A stretch of DNA of 64,000 bases from an uncultured Mollicutes bacterium (GCA_900538885.1 UQAI01000002.1:19211-83210); one strand, 5' to 3'; counted from the first letter of the stretch, positions 29,717-40,978 are shown. Notes: generated from the letters alone by a model not told the origin. Translations and numbers: made by a program.

Positions 29717-32143
29717 ATGACAACAGGATCAGTAGAAACACATGATGTGAAAAAACGTCTTGAAGATAAACTTTCCAACTATTTTGGGGTTTCTCCTCAA
29801 GACGCAAGTATAGACCAAATATATAAAGCTGTAAGTATGACTGTAGTAGATATCTTACTAGAAAAGAAAAAACAATATAATAGAAAAGTTAAAGAACAAA
29901 AAGCTAAACGTATTTATTATTTATGTATGGAATTTTTAGTAGGTCGCAGTCTAAAAACAAATCTTTATAATTTAGGAGTTGTTGACAAATATGCCAAAGT
30001 TCTTAAAGATTATGGAATTGAATTAGATGATGTTTATGAACAAGAAAATGATGCAGGACTTGGTAATGGTGGATTAGGTCGCCTCGCTGCATGTTATATG
30101 GATTCCCTTGCATCTTTAGCGTACCCCGCTACAGGCTTTTCAATTCGTTATGAATATGGCTTATTTAAACAAAAAATAGTAAATGGATGGCAAACTGAAA
30201 TGCCAGATGTATGGCTACCAGGGGGAGAAGTATGGCTTGTTCCTCGTAGTGATAGAGCGTTAAAGGTTCATTTTGGTGGATGGATTAGTGAAAAATATGT
30301 GGATGGAAAAATGAAGGTTGAATACCATGATGATAAGGTAGTAGAAGCAATGCCATACGACTTATTAATTTCAGGCGGCGATAGCGATGCTATTTCAACT
30401 CTTCGTCTATGGAGAGCTCGCAATGCAACTGAATTTGACATGAAGTCATTCTCACAAGGCGATTATTTCACCGCAATGGAAGAAAACGCTAAAGCTGAGT
30501 TAATATCAAAGGTTCTTTATCCATCAGATGATCACTATGAAGGAAAGACTCTAAGACTCAAACAACAATATTTCTTGGTAAGTGCTTCCATGCAAAATAT
30601 TGTAAATGATCATGTTAAAAGATATGGAGATTTACACACTTTACCAGACTATGCCGCAATCCATATTAATGATACGCACCCTGCTCTTTGTGTGCCAGAA
30701 TTAATGCGTTTATTAATGGATGAACATGGCTTTGGTTGGGATGAAGCATGGGATATTGTGACTAAGTGTTTAGCTTATACCAATCATACCGTTTTAGCAG
30801 AAGCCCTTGAAACTTGGGATGAAGCTTTACTTGCTAGAACACTTCCCCGTATTATCAGCATTATTTATGAAATTAATCGTCGTTATGTTTTAGAAATTCA
30901 AAAACTTAATCCTAATGATTGGAATAAAATCAATCGTATGGCTATTGTGGGAAATGGTAGAATTAGAATGGCTAATTTAAGTGTTATTGCGAGTCATACG
31001 GTTAATGGAGTATCGGCCCTACATAGTGATATTATTAAAAATAGTATCTTTAAAGATTTCTATGAAATGACACCAAACAAGTTTACAAACGTAACTAATG
31101 GTATTGCTCATCGCCGATGGCTTCATCAATCTAATCCGCGTTTATCGGCTCTTTTAAATGATTCAATTGGAACATCTTGGTATAAAGATGCAAGTCGTTT
31201 AAAAGATTTTAGAAAATACGAGGATGATGAAAAAGTTTTAGAAGAATTGGGAAAAATCAAATATTTAAATAAATGTGATTTCGTTAATTCAATTTATCGT
31301 AAACAAGGTATAATAATTGACCCATATACAAGATTTGATGTGCAAGTTAAAAGACTTCATGAATATAAAAGACAATTATTAAATGTTTTAAAAATAATTA
31401 GTTTATACAATAAATTGAAAGAAAATCCCAACTTAGATGTAACCCCTCAAACCTTTATTTTTGGAGCGAAAGCAGCACCAGGATATTACCGTGCTAAAGA
31501 AATTATTGAATTAATTAATTATATTTCACGTGATATTGAAATGCATCCAGAAATTAAAAAGAAACTTAATGTAGTGTTTGTTGAAGACTATTGTGTAACT
31601 CTAGCTGAAAAATTAATGCCAGCCAGTGAAATTAGTGAACAAATATCATTAGCCGGAAAAGAAGCAAGTGGAACTGGTAACATGAAGTTTATGATTAATG
31701 GTGCCATAACCTTTGGTACGATGGATGGAGCCAATGTTGAAATTTGTGATGCCGTTGGTGATGATAACATCTTTATTTTTGGTATGACTGCCAAAGAAGT
31801 AGATGAACTATGGAAACATGGATATAATTCAACATATTATTACAATAATAATAGCGAAATTAGAAAAATAATAGCAAGTCTTAAAAAAGGATTTGCGGGA
31901 AAAAGTTTTGAAAATATTGCGGACTACCTATTAACAAGTAATGGTATAGCAGACCAATATATGTGTCTTGCGGATTTTGAAAGTTATATGGATACTTATC
32001 AAAAGATGGATACTATCTACCAAGATAAGTTAAAATTCAACAAAATGTCACTTGTTAATATCAGTGAAGCAGGCAGATTTGCTGCAGATCGTAGTATAAA
32101 AGAATATGCAGATCGTATTTGGGGACTAAAGCCTGTCAAATAA
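29717..32143 (+). CDS. glgP: Glycogen/maltodextrin phosphorylase.
   Basis: EAxGTGNMKFM pyridoxal-phosphate site (EASGTGNMKFMINGA) and the GT35 fold throughout. Confidence 0.9.
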   Translation: MTTGSVETHDVKKRLEDKLSNYFGVSPQDASIDQIYKAVSMTVVDILLEKKKQYNRKVKEQKAKRIYYLCMEFLVGRSLKTNLYNLGVVDKYAKVLKDYGIELDDVYEQENDAGLGNGGLGRLAACYMDSLASLAYPATGFSIRYEYGLFKQKIVNGWQTEMPDVWLPGGEVWLVPRSDRALKVHFGGWISEKYVDGKMKVEYHDDKVVEAMPYDLLISGGDSDAISTLRLWRARNATEFDMKSFSQGDYFTAMEENAKAELISKVLYPSDDHYEGKTLRLKQQYFLVSASMQNIVNDHVKRYGDLHTLPDYAAIHINDTHPALCVPELMRLLMDEHGFGWDEAWDIVTKCLAYTNHTVLAEALETWDEALLARTLPRIISIIYEINRRYVLEIQKLNPNDWNKINRMAIVGNGRIRMANLSVIASHTVNGVSALHSDIIKNSIFKDFYEMTPNKFTNVTNGIAHRRWLHQSNPRLSALLNDSIGTSWYKDASRLKDFRKYEDDEKVLEELGKIKYLNKCDFVNSIYRKQGIIIDPYTRFDVQVKRLHEYKRQLLNVLKIISLYNKLKENPNLDVTPQTFIFGAKAAPGYYRAKEIIELINYISRDIEMHPEIKKKLNVVFVEDYCVTLAEKLMPASEISEQISLAGKEASGTGNMKFMINGAITFGTMDGANVEICDAVGDDNIFIFGMTAKEVDELWKHGYNSTYYYNNNSEIRKIIASLKKGFAGKSFENIADYLLTSNGIADQYMCLADFESYMDTYQKMDTIYQDKLKFNKMSLVNISEAGRFAADRSIKEYADRIWGLKPVK

Positions 32144-32222
32144 AAGCGAATAAGTTTATTTTTTGTAACAAATTTAGTATAATAGTTAAGGAAAAAAATT
32201 AGTAGGGTTAGGAGGAATAAAT

Positions 32223-33206
32223 ATGGAGACAAAAGATCCTAAAAAACAAATAAGATCAATCGGTGTATTAACTTCTGGTGGTGATGCTCCTGGTATGAAT
32301 GCTGCTATTCGTGCCGTTGTCAGAACAGCACTAAATTTTGGTATTGACGTATATGGAATATATGATGGATACCGCGGTTTAGTTGAAGGTAACATTGTTA
32401 AGATGGATCGTTCTTCAGTTACTGATATCATTAATAGAGGTGGCACTATCTTAGGTTCTGCTAGATTAAAAGAATTTGCTTCTCCTGAAGTTACCCAAAT
32501 AGGAATTGATAACCTAAGAAAACTTGGAATCGATGCCTTAGTAACAATTGGTGGAGATGGCACATATCATGGTGCTTTAAGAATGAGTAGAATGGGATTA
32601 AATTGTATTGGTCTTCCTGGAACCATTGACAATGATATTGCATCAACTGAATATACAATTGGCTTTAACACAGCTGTAAATACAGCACTAGATGCAATCG
32701 ATAAATTACGTGATACTTGTAACTCTCATCAAAGATGTTCAATAGTTGAAGTAATGGGCCGTTATTGTGGAGATATAGCATTTGCATCTGCTCTTGCAGG
32801 TGGTGCTGATATGGTTATAACCTCAGAAACTGGTTTTGATCTTCCAACAGTAATTGATATGTGTAAAAAATATAAAGAAGAAAATCGTAGACACATCATT
32901 ATCATAATTACTGAACATATTACTGATGTTCATGAACTTGCGAAAAAGATTGAGGAACATTCAGGATATAGTGCAAGAGCAACAGTACTTGGCCATATTC
33001 AACGTGGTGGATGTCCAACCGCATATGACAGAAATTTAGCTAGTCGCTTAGGCTCAGCAGCTGTAGAAGAACTAGTAGCAGGTAAAGGCGGCCTATGTAT
33101 GGGTATTTTTGATAATAAGGTTGTAGCAACCCCAATCGAAGATGCTTTCAAAATGACTAAATCAATGTATGCTGGTTATGAAAGTTTAATAAAAAGATTA
33201 TCATAA
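32223..33206 (+). CDS. pfkA: ATP-dependent 6-phosphofructokinase.
   Basis: GVLTSGGDAPGMNAAIRAVV, GGDGT, MGRYCGDIA, and RATVLGHIQRGG. Confidence 0.9.
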   Translation: METKDPKKQIRSIGVLTSGGDAPGMNAAIRAVVRTALNFGIDVYGIYDGYRGLVEGNIVKMDRSSVTDIINRGGTILGSARLKEFASPEVTQIGIDNLRKLGIDALVTIGGDGTYHGALRMSRMGLNCIGLPGTIDNDIASTEYTIGFNTAVNTALDAIDKLRDTCNSHQRCSIVEVMGRYCGDIAFASALAGGADMVITSETGFDLPTVIDMCKKYKEENRRHIIIIITEHITDVHELAKKIEEHSGYSARATVLGHIQRGGCPTAYDRNLASRLGSAAVEELVAGKGGLCMGIFDNKVVATPIEDAFKMTKSMYAGYESLIKRLS

Positions 33207-33214
33207 AGAATACA

Positions 33215-33247
33215 CACTTCATATTTCGGTATGAAGTGCCCTTTTTA
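33215..33247 (+). terminator. Terminator after pfkA.
   Basis: Hairpin CACTTCATA-tttcgg-TATGAAGTG followed by CCCTTTTT. Confidence 0.55.
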
Positions 33248-33338
33248 CTTCTTTTCTTGAAATAAAATATCTGATATGTTACAATTATGGTAAATGATGC
33301 TTTATAATAGCATATAATAATGAGAAAGGAGAACTTGA

Positions 33339-34211
33339 ATGAAAAAAATATTTTTATTATTAATGATGATCGTGTTAGCATTTGCCTTGCCAGGTTGTAT
33401 TAAAACAACAACAAATTATGATGAAGATTTTGAAAATGTTAGTAGGATATTAGAACTTACTTATATGAAAAGGGATATGATTACGTATGATTTTGAGGAT
33501 GAAGTTAATAGAATACAAGATGGTACTCATACCTTTTATACAACTAGATTAATTGATGATAAAAGCTATTATTATTGTGGATATTTTGATCCTGAAATAA
33601 CAGAAACACCAGGCTGGTTATCTTATGAATCAAGTAAAAAAGGAACATGGTTAAGGTATGATAAACAAGAAGACATACCAACAACGTATGGTGGTAAAAA
33701 AATATTTTTTAAATACAAAGTCTACATTATAAAAGTAGAAAAGGACATAATAAATAATAAAACATATAATAGAAAAATTAAATATTATCAGGATATGTTT
33801 GATGGACTTTTAGGACCTGGAAATTTTAGAAAAGGTAATAATTTATTATTGTTCTACCGTAAAAATTTATCTTTAGCACACTTTAATATTCATGGAGTTC
33901 AAAATGTGTTTTTTACAAATTTTAATTATCTTTGGACTCATCAGTTAGAAATAAATGAAGATCAAAGTAAAGATATTGTTTTTGATAATTATCAAAAAAC
34001 TTATAGCACAATAACAGGTGAACTAGAAAAAAGTACATATGTTTTTCCAGATGAAGTAAGACAATACTTCAAAATATTAGAACCATATGCTAGAGAAGAT
34101 CCAACCCTAGATGAAAATCCATATAGTTCAAAATATACATATGTAGTATATACAAAAGTTAGAATTAACCTTGATATTATAACTGCACTAGTGAAAGGAG
34201 AACTTGAATAA
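33339..34211 (+). CDS. Lipoprotein of unknown function.
   Basis: Signal peptide with lipobox LPGC (MKKIFLLLMMIVLAFALPGC). An A7 tract immediately follows the ATG. Confidence 0.7.
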   Translation: MKKIFLLLMMIVLAFALPGCIKTTTNYDEDFENVSRILELTYMKRDMITYDFEDEVNRIQDGTHTFYTTRLIDDKSYYYCGYFDPEITETPGWLSYESSKKGTWLRYDKQEDIPTTYGGKKIFFKYKVYIIKVEKDIINNKTYNRKIKYYQDMFDGLLGPGNFRKGNNLLLFYRKNLSLAHFNIHGVQNVFFTNFNYLWTHQLEINEDQSKDIVFDNYQKTYSTITGELEKSTYVFPDEVRQYFKILEPYAREDPTLDENPYSSKYTYVVYTKVRINLDIITALVKGELE

Positions 34212-36888
34212 AAAAACAATATTTGGTTTAATGGTGTTTGGAATAGTTATTTTCTTGTTTACTATTACAAGTACTAGAATTAATGCACATAGAAGGTTAC
34301 TATTAGTTGATTATGATGAATGTGAAAGTGATGATAAATTATGGTATTATTTAAATGAAGAAGATTTAAAAGATACAAATGGAATTCATAAATATTACCA
34401 TTTACCACAAGATGTCACAACAATTAAATATTATTTTTCAGAAGTAGGTGAAAAAGGTAGAGACATAACCTGGAATTCTGAAGTTAGTGCTACAATGGCT
34501 GAAGAAGTGAAAACTGCTTATGTTAACAGTATGAAAAAATGGAATGATGTGTATTATTATACTTATGATGAAGATGGCAATATGACAAAAAATCGTATAA
34601 TTAATATTGTCGAAGGAACTGAAGAAGACAATAATCTAATTATTTATCCAGAATATGCTCATGAAAGTAATTTAGCTTCAACATACCATTTGGATTCTTC
34701 AATTAAAATACCAACGGGCAGTATAACTGAGCATTATCATTATGATAAATGGTACATGAAAGTGTCGCCAGGAGCATTTAATAATCTACATAGTAAAGAA
34801 GAACTAGCAATTTCATATGAACGTACAGGTGCACATGAAATTGGTCATGTATTAGGCTTAAATGATATCGATAACTGTTGTTCTAAAATACCAAAAGATA
34901 AAGGGCATCACACAGATGCACTGATGGGGTATGGAAAAATAATTGATAGAAAATGTGATATTACATATAAAGATATTGCTGGAGTTAGTGTGACAAGGGG
35001 ATTCCATGATGAAATTGATCATGTATGGATGAAAAGAATAGAAGAAGATGGAACAAAATCTTTAATTTGTGCATTATGTAATGGAGTTAAAAGAAATGTA
35101 AGTTTGGACGCAGATGGTTCATATCGTGGCAGTTACGTAAGAGAATATAAAAGTTGTGATCATTATGGAGGAACAAACGCAGAAATGCTAGTAGTAGCAG
35201 AAGCTAAAAATAAACTATTTGTTAAATGCTTATATTGTCGAAGAATTGAAGAAATAGTTGTTGATGACACATATTCAATGGGAAGTTATACGCCTACAAT
35301 AAATCGTGAAATATCTTTATCAAATAGTCAAATTAAATATTACGAACTAAATGTAAATTATGCTAAAAATTATGAATTTTTAGTTCAAGGGACATCAAAA
35401 GTTAATTTTGAAATATTATCAGAAAATTATAATATAGTTAAAACAACTGATATAGATAATAATGATAACATTATGCATACCATTGTGCAACTACCAATAG
35501 GAAAATACTATCTTAAAGTTATAAATGATAGTGATGAACTAAACACAGTAAATTTCAAAATTCAATCAAGAACCACAATATATTTAAGTCAAAATTGCGA
35601 TAATGATATATTACTGAATAATTTTAATGGCATTATTGATTACTATTTTGTTAATGATGACAAACCTGGTTTTTATAGGTTTACGATAAGCGGTGAAATG
35701 AAAGATGGTACAACAGTTACGTATCCATTAAATTGTATTAGAGTCTATGATAATGAAAATAAAATAACACCAATGAAAAAAATTGATAATGAATTAGACT
35801 ATAAAAATGTTGCAACCAACGAGTATGGTGATAATAGTATGATAGTGCTTTTACCAAGAACTGGATATTATTATCTAAGTATTAATTTTTATCAAGAAGG
35901 ATTAAATAAATTGATACTTAGAATTGAAAATACTGAGGAAAGTTCAAACTTAAATTTGTTTAATTTGTCTGAAACAGGAAGTGATACAGCTGTTGTTTTC
36001 AATGAGGAAACAAGAGGTGATAAATTTAAATCATTAATTCTTGAACAAAAGGGTCAATTTGTTATTTCCACAAATTACTTAGGAAGTTTACAAAATAAAG
36101 TTTCAATTATTGTAATTAAAGTTAATTATAATAGTGCTCGCAACTTATATACTTTTAGTACACAAATGCTTAGTTTGTTAGATGAAGAAAATCCATATAC
36201 CGTGACAATTCTTACATTAGATGCTGGAGAATATTATATAGGATATCTCAATAACTATGATTCAGGCAGCGTTATAATTGAGTTTGAAAGACTAATTACA
36301 GTTTCTGGTAGTAAGTATTTGATAACTGATCCTAGTGCTGATACACTTTATGGTAGCGAGGTAAGGTATAATAATGGAGCGTTTCAGGGGATAACTGTGA
36401 CAATTGGATTTACTAGATTTATTTATTTTGATAGTACATTTATAGAAGTTCCGTCTTTGTCACGACTTGATTATGATTGGTATTCAAGTGATGAATCAAT
36501 AGCTACAATATCACCATATGGAACTTTATTTGGTAAAAATGCTGGAACTGTTAAAATAATGGCAGTACACAAAAGTAACCCAACTATTGTTTTTGTTAAA
36601 GAATTTATAGTGAAAAAGGATAATAGGATTGAAGATTTAACAATTGATATTGTTGATACAGTTAATTATGCTGAGAGTGGACAATTATATCAAATTAGAT
36701 TGACTGATGAAAATTCGCCATATCCATTAAATTCATTATATGACTGGAGAATTCTTCCGCCTAATAATTACGAAAAAGTAAGTTCAATTGGTACTTTTCA
36801 TATAAATAATACAGGATTAATAGTAGTAGAAGGAAGATACAAACTCAATTCTAAGGTTGTAATTAGATTAACAATTACAGCTAAATAA
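34204..36888 (+). CDS. Large secreted or anchored protein with a metzincin-like zinc metallopeptidase domain (M10-like) and a C-terminal Big_2 Ig-like domain.
   Basis: HEIGHVLGLND (HExxHxxGxxD) plus a Met-turn-like DALMGYG. C-terminal Big_2-like segment (DYDWYSSDESIATISPYGTLFGKNAGTVKI). N-terminal signal or anchor. The start is uncertain: TTG 34204 overlaps the upstream stop, and the ancestral ATG is mutated to ATA. Confidence 0.65.
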   Translation: MNKKTIFGLMVFGIVIFLFTITSTRINAHRRLLLVDYDECESDDKLWYYLNEEDLKDTNGIHKYYHLPQDVTTIKYYFSEVGEKGRDITWNSEVSATMAEEVKTAYVNSMKKWNDVYYYTYDEDGNMTKNRIINIVEGTEEDNNLIIYPEYAHESNLASTYHLDSSIKIPTGSITEHYHYDKWYMKVSPGAFNNLHSKEELAISYERTGAHEIGHVLGLNDIDNCCSKIPKDKGHHTDALMGYGKIIDRKCDITYKDIAGVSVTRGFHDEIDHVWMKRIEEDGTKSLICALCNGVKRNVSLDADGSYRGSYVREYKSCDHYGGTNAEMLVVAEAKNKLFVKCLYCRRIEEIVVDDTYSMGSYTPTINREISLSNSQIKYYELNVNYAKNYEFLVQGTSKVNFEILSENYNIVKTTDIDNNDNIMHTIVQLPIGKYYLKVINDSDELNTVNFKIQSRTTIYLSQNCDNDILLNNFNGIIDYYFVNDDKPGFYRFTISGEMKDGTTVTYPLNCIRVYDNENKITPMKKIDNELDYKNVATNEYGDNSMIVLLPRTGYYYLSINFYQEGLNKLILRIENTEESSNLNLFNLSETGSDTAVVFNEETRGDKFKSLILEQKGQFVISTNYLGSLQNKVSIIVIKVNYNSARNLYTFSTQMLSLLDEENPYTVTILTLDAGEYYIGYLNNYDSGSVIIEFERLITVSGSKYLITDPSADTLYGSEVRYNNGAFQGITVTIGFTRFIYFDSTFIEVPSLSRLDYDWYSSDESIATISPYGTLFGKNAGTVKIMAVHKSNPTIVFVKEFIVKKDNRIEDLTIDIVDTVNYAESGQLYQIRLTDENSPYPLNSLYDWRILPPNNYEKVSSIGTFHINNTGLIVVEGRYKLNSKVVIRLTITAK

Positions 36889-36991
36889 TGATGATTTTGA
36901 ATAAAAAATAATAAAAAGGTACGTTTGTACCTTTTTTCGTGTTTTTTCTATAAAACTATTTTATATAATATATGAAATAGAGGTGAAAAAT

Positions 36992-38957
36992 ATGAATAAA
37001 AAAATTATTGACAATTGTAGTGTTAATCTTTCTTTCCTTATTATATAGAAAAAATGTATATGCATCTAGTACAACTAAAGTACATTTAATATTTAATAAA
37101 ATTTCATATGATGCTGGAGAAGAAATAAAACTGACAATTAATTTAGAAAACTTTAGTAAACTAAATGAAACTAAGGTTATCATTAAATGTAATGATAATG
37201 CTTTTGTTCCAATTATGAAAAATGATAGATATGGACAAATTACTAATAATTCAATATATGAATCACCAATTATTAATGAATATGTTTTGGGTGGATATTT
37301 GAGATTTCAACTTCATAAAGATAATTTATCTGAAGGATACTATTCAGGATATAAGAATAATGTAGGGGAGTTTTATTTTGAAACAAGAAAGAAAATAACA
37401 AATATTTATGATTATTTTAGAAATGGTAATTTTGAATCTTTAACCACAGGCATTAATGTTTCATTATATGATATTTATAATCAAGAGATTTCAACGGAAT
37501 TTAAATGGAGTGAAAAAATTAAAGTTGATTGGAATGTTGATAAATACCAACTAGAAGTTTATGATGAAATTCCTCTTTTTGTTAATGATATTAATATTAC
37601 AAATCGTAATGAAAATGAATATGATTTATTTTTTCAAGATAAAATTAATAATAAAAATCTAGGGAGTCAAGTAGTGACAATTGCAATTTATGACAAAGTA
37701 AATGCTGATTATATTTTACTATCCAAAGTGGTAGAAGTGGTTGATACAACTTCGCCTGTGATTACAGGTAGTAATAATATAAGTGTTGAAAGTAATAAAT
37801 TACGTGATTTTAAAATTACTGAGTATTTTGTGGCTAGCGATAATTATGATAAAACTCCTGAGGTTGTGATTACTTATTATGATGTTGATAATAAATTAAT
37901 TAATAATCAAAATCTTTTTTTAGAATATTTATTAACTCATGTCCAAGCTAAAGTTGTCATAAAAAGTTTAGATAGTAGTGGTAATGCTAGTGATGAATTT
38001 GAAATAATAATTGAAATAAAAGATGTAGAAGCACCAACAGTTGATTATCCCAAAGAAATTAACATAAAAGATGTAGAAATTGCAGATTTTGACTTTATGA
38101 ATTATGTAACAGTAACCGATGACTATGATTCTAATCCTAGATTTATAATTACATATTTGTGTGAAAATATAGAAATAGAAGACCAAATAGATGCACTATT
38201 ACGAGGAAAAAAAGTAATTGTAAGATATTACGTAGAGGATAAAAGCAGTAATAAAACGCAAAATTACGAGACGAAAATTGAGGTTTTAGATACTACACCA
38301 CCAATAATTAATAATGTTGAAAATATAGAAATAACGGATCAAGAAGCCATTAATTTTGATTTTTCCAAGTTAGTTAGTATTAGTGATAATATTGATAAAA
38401 ACCCTAAAATTAATTTTACATATTATCTTGAAAGTCAGGAAGTATCACGTGATGAATGGAAAAAAGCAATAGTTAGGGGACATAAAGGCGTAATCAAATA
38501 TTATGGAATTGATGCAAGTAATAATAAAACAAGCGCGTTCGATACGGAAATAATCGTTTGTGATATTACACCGCCAGTTATTAAAATTCACAATATTAAA
38601 GAGGGAAATAAGTATCTAAAAATAGAAAAACTAGACTATGAGGTGTTAGATAACTTTGATGGAAATATTGATATTAGTGTAACTCTTAATGGGGTCGAAT
38701 ACCATAATGAAGGAATTACTAAACCTGGTGAATATGTATTTAAAGTAACAGCAGTTGATTCAAGTGGAAATGAATCAATTAAAGAAGTAAAATTTGAAAT
38801 TATTGAAAACAATGTCATAGGTTGTGGGGGAGATATTGAATGCTATTTGGATAATTATTTTGTGGTAGTGGTTATTGCGGGGATCTTAATGGCAATTATT
38901 TTAACAATTTTTATTGTAAGACTTTGTCTTTGGCAAAAGAAAAAGCAAGTAAAATAA
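36992..38957 (+). CDS. Cell-surface protein with four tandem Ig-like (DUF5011-like) repeats and a C-terminal TM anchor. The 5' end is frameshifted in a poly-A(7) tract.
   Basis: ATG 36992 with RBS GAGGTG gives MNKKII and then a stop. The long frame (track start TTG 37008) has no RBS. Removing one A from A7 (36998-37004) restores MNKKLLTIVVLIFLSLL... Repeats of D.T.P.I...D.YD..P...SGN. C-terminal VVVVIAGILMAIILTIFIV. Confidence 0.6.
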
Positions 38958-39052
38958 AAAACTTTAATGCTTATAAGATAATTTACTTTCCAAAAAAATA
39001 TGAATATGCTATAATATCTTAGTTAATTAATGGATAGATAGGAGATAGAAAT

Positions 39053-40978
39053 ATGTCAAAATGTTATATAACAACCCCAATTTATTATTCTAGTGGTAGT
39101 GTTCATATTGGAAATAGTTACACTACTGTTGCTTGTGATGCGTTAGCTAGATATAATCGTAGTATGGGACGAGATACTTTTTATCTAACTGGTATGGATG
39201 AACATGGATTAAAGATTGCGGAAGCAGCCGAAAAAGCAGGAATTAGTCCTCAAACTTTTGTTGATAAGATTGCTGAAGGAACTAAAACTTTGTGGCAAAA
39301 TTTAAAGATCACTAACGACTATTTTATTAGAACAACAGATCAAAACCATGTCGAAGCAGTTCAAAAAATATTTGAACAACTACTTAAGACTGGCGACATT
39401 TATTTAGGATCATATCAAGGCAATTATTGTGTTTCTTGTGAAGCATATTTTCCAAAATCTCAACTTGGTGAAGGTGATACTTGTCCTGATTGTGGTAAGC
39501 CTACTAAGTTAATTTCTGAAGAATGTTATTTTTTAAACTTGAAAAAATATCAAAAACGTTTATTAGAATTTATCGAAAATCATCCGGATTTTATTCAACC
39601 ATCTACGAGAAGAAATGAAGTAATTTCTTTCATTAAGGGTGGCCTTGAAGATTTATGCGTAAGTAGAACTTCATTTAACTGGGGCATAAGTGTGCCAAGT
39701 AACCCTAAACATGTAATTTATGTTTGGATTGATGCGTTATCAAATTATTTAACTGCCCTAGGATTTATGCAAGAAGATGATAGCTTATATCAAAAATATT
39801 GGGTTAATAATGATCATATCTATCAAATAGTTGGTAAAGATATTTTAAGATTCCATGCCATTTATTGGCCAATTATGTTAATGGCTTTAAATGTACCAAT
39901 TAACTATAAATTATATGTACATGGTTGGATTTTAAATCGTGATGGTAAAATGTCAAAGTCTAAAGGTAATATTGTTTATCCAATGGATATTGTTAATAAT
40001 TATGGTGTTGATGCTTTAAGATATTATTTAACTAAAGAGTTACCGCTTGGTAATGATGGATTATTTAGTTATGAACGTTTCTTTGAACGTTATAATAATG
40101 ATCTTGCTAATGACTTAGGAAATTTAGTTAGTCGTACTGTTTCGATGGTTGAAAAATATTTTGGTGGTGTTGTTCCAACTTCTTGTGGACATGTAACTTC
40201 ATTTGATGAAGCCCTTGAAACTGTGTGCAACGAGAATATCACTAAATATCAACAAAAAATGGAAGCTTTTGAATTACAAGATGCATTAGAAGCTGTTTGG
40301 ACAATTGTAAGAAGAGCTAACAAATATATTGATGAAACAGCTCCTTGGGCTTTAAGTAAAGATGAAGCTAAAAAAGAAGAACTAGCAAGTGTTATGTACC
40401 ATTTAGTGGAAACACTAAGAATTGTTGCAATTCTTGTATCACCATGTCTTGTGGAAAGTGCACCAAAAATCCTTTATAGTTTAGGAATTGAAAATGAACC
40501 TTTAAATATTAATGGATTATGCTTTGGTAAAGAATATAAAAATATAAAAGTTCAAAAAATTGAACCATTATTCAAACGTCTTGATGTCGCAGTAGAACTT
40601 GAAAAAGTAAAAAAGGAAACGCCAATTCCTACTGCGCCAAAAGAAGAGAAAAAAGTTAGTGAAATAACAATTGATGATTTCGCAAAAGTAAATCTTCAAA
40701 TTGGTGAAATAATTTCATCAAAACGTCATGAAAATGCCGATAAATTATTGGTGTCCCAAATTAAAATTGGTGATGAAGTTAGGCAAATAGTTTCAGGTAT
40801 TGCGAAAAACTACAAACCTGAAGAAATAATTGGTAAAAAAGTTATAGTTGTAACTAATTTAAAACCTGTTAAAATTAGAGGAGTTGAATCATATGGTATG
40901 GTTCTTTGTGCTTCAAACAATGACAAACTTGAAATCATTGAAGTAAAAGAAGTACCTAGTGGTTCAATCGTGAAGTAA
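39053..40978 (+). CDS. metG: Methionine--tRNA ligase with a C-terminal tRNA-binding (EMAP/Trbp111-like) domain.
   Basis: HIGNSYT (HIGH), KMSKS, zinc knuckle CVSCE...CPDCG, and C-terminal VNLQIGEI...GIAKNY...VVTNLKP. Confidence 0.95.
   Translation: MSKCYITTPIYYSSGSVHIGNSYTTVACDALARYNRSMGRDTFYLTGMDEHGLKIAEAAEKAGISPQTFVDKIAEGTKTLWQNLKITNDYFIRTTDQNHVEAVQKIFEQLLKTGDIYLGSYQGNYCVSCEAYFPKSQLGEGDTCPDCGKPTKLISEECYFLNLKKYQKRLLEFIENHPDFIQPSTRRNEVISFIKGGLEDLCVSRTSFNWGISVPSNPKHVIYVWIDALSNYLTALGFMQEDDSLYQKYWVNNDHIYQIVGKDILRFHAIYWPIMLMALNVPINYKLYVHGWILNRDGKMSKSKGNIVYPMDIVNNYGVDALRYYLTKELPLGNDGLFSYERFFERYNNDLANDLGNLVSRTVSMVEKYFGGVVPTSCGHVTSFDEALETVCNENITKYQQKMEAFELQDALEAVWTIVRRANKYIDETAPWALSKDEAKKEELASVMYHLVETLRIVAILVSPCLVESAPKILYSLGIENEPLNINGLCFGKEYKNIKVQKIEPLFKRLDVAVELEKVKKETPIPTAPKEEKKVSEITIDDFAKVNLQIGEIISSKRHENADKLLVSQIKIGDEVRQIVSGIAKNYKPEEIIGKKVIVVTNLKPVKIRGVESYGMVLCASNNDKLEIIEVKEVPSGSIVK

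Noticed and set aside
38958-39052. A T-box leader upstream of metG.
   Set aside because: The intergenic region is only 95 nt with a promoter-like sequence. That is too short for a T-box, and no specifier or T-box motif is visible.
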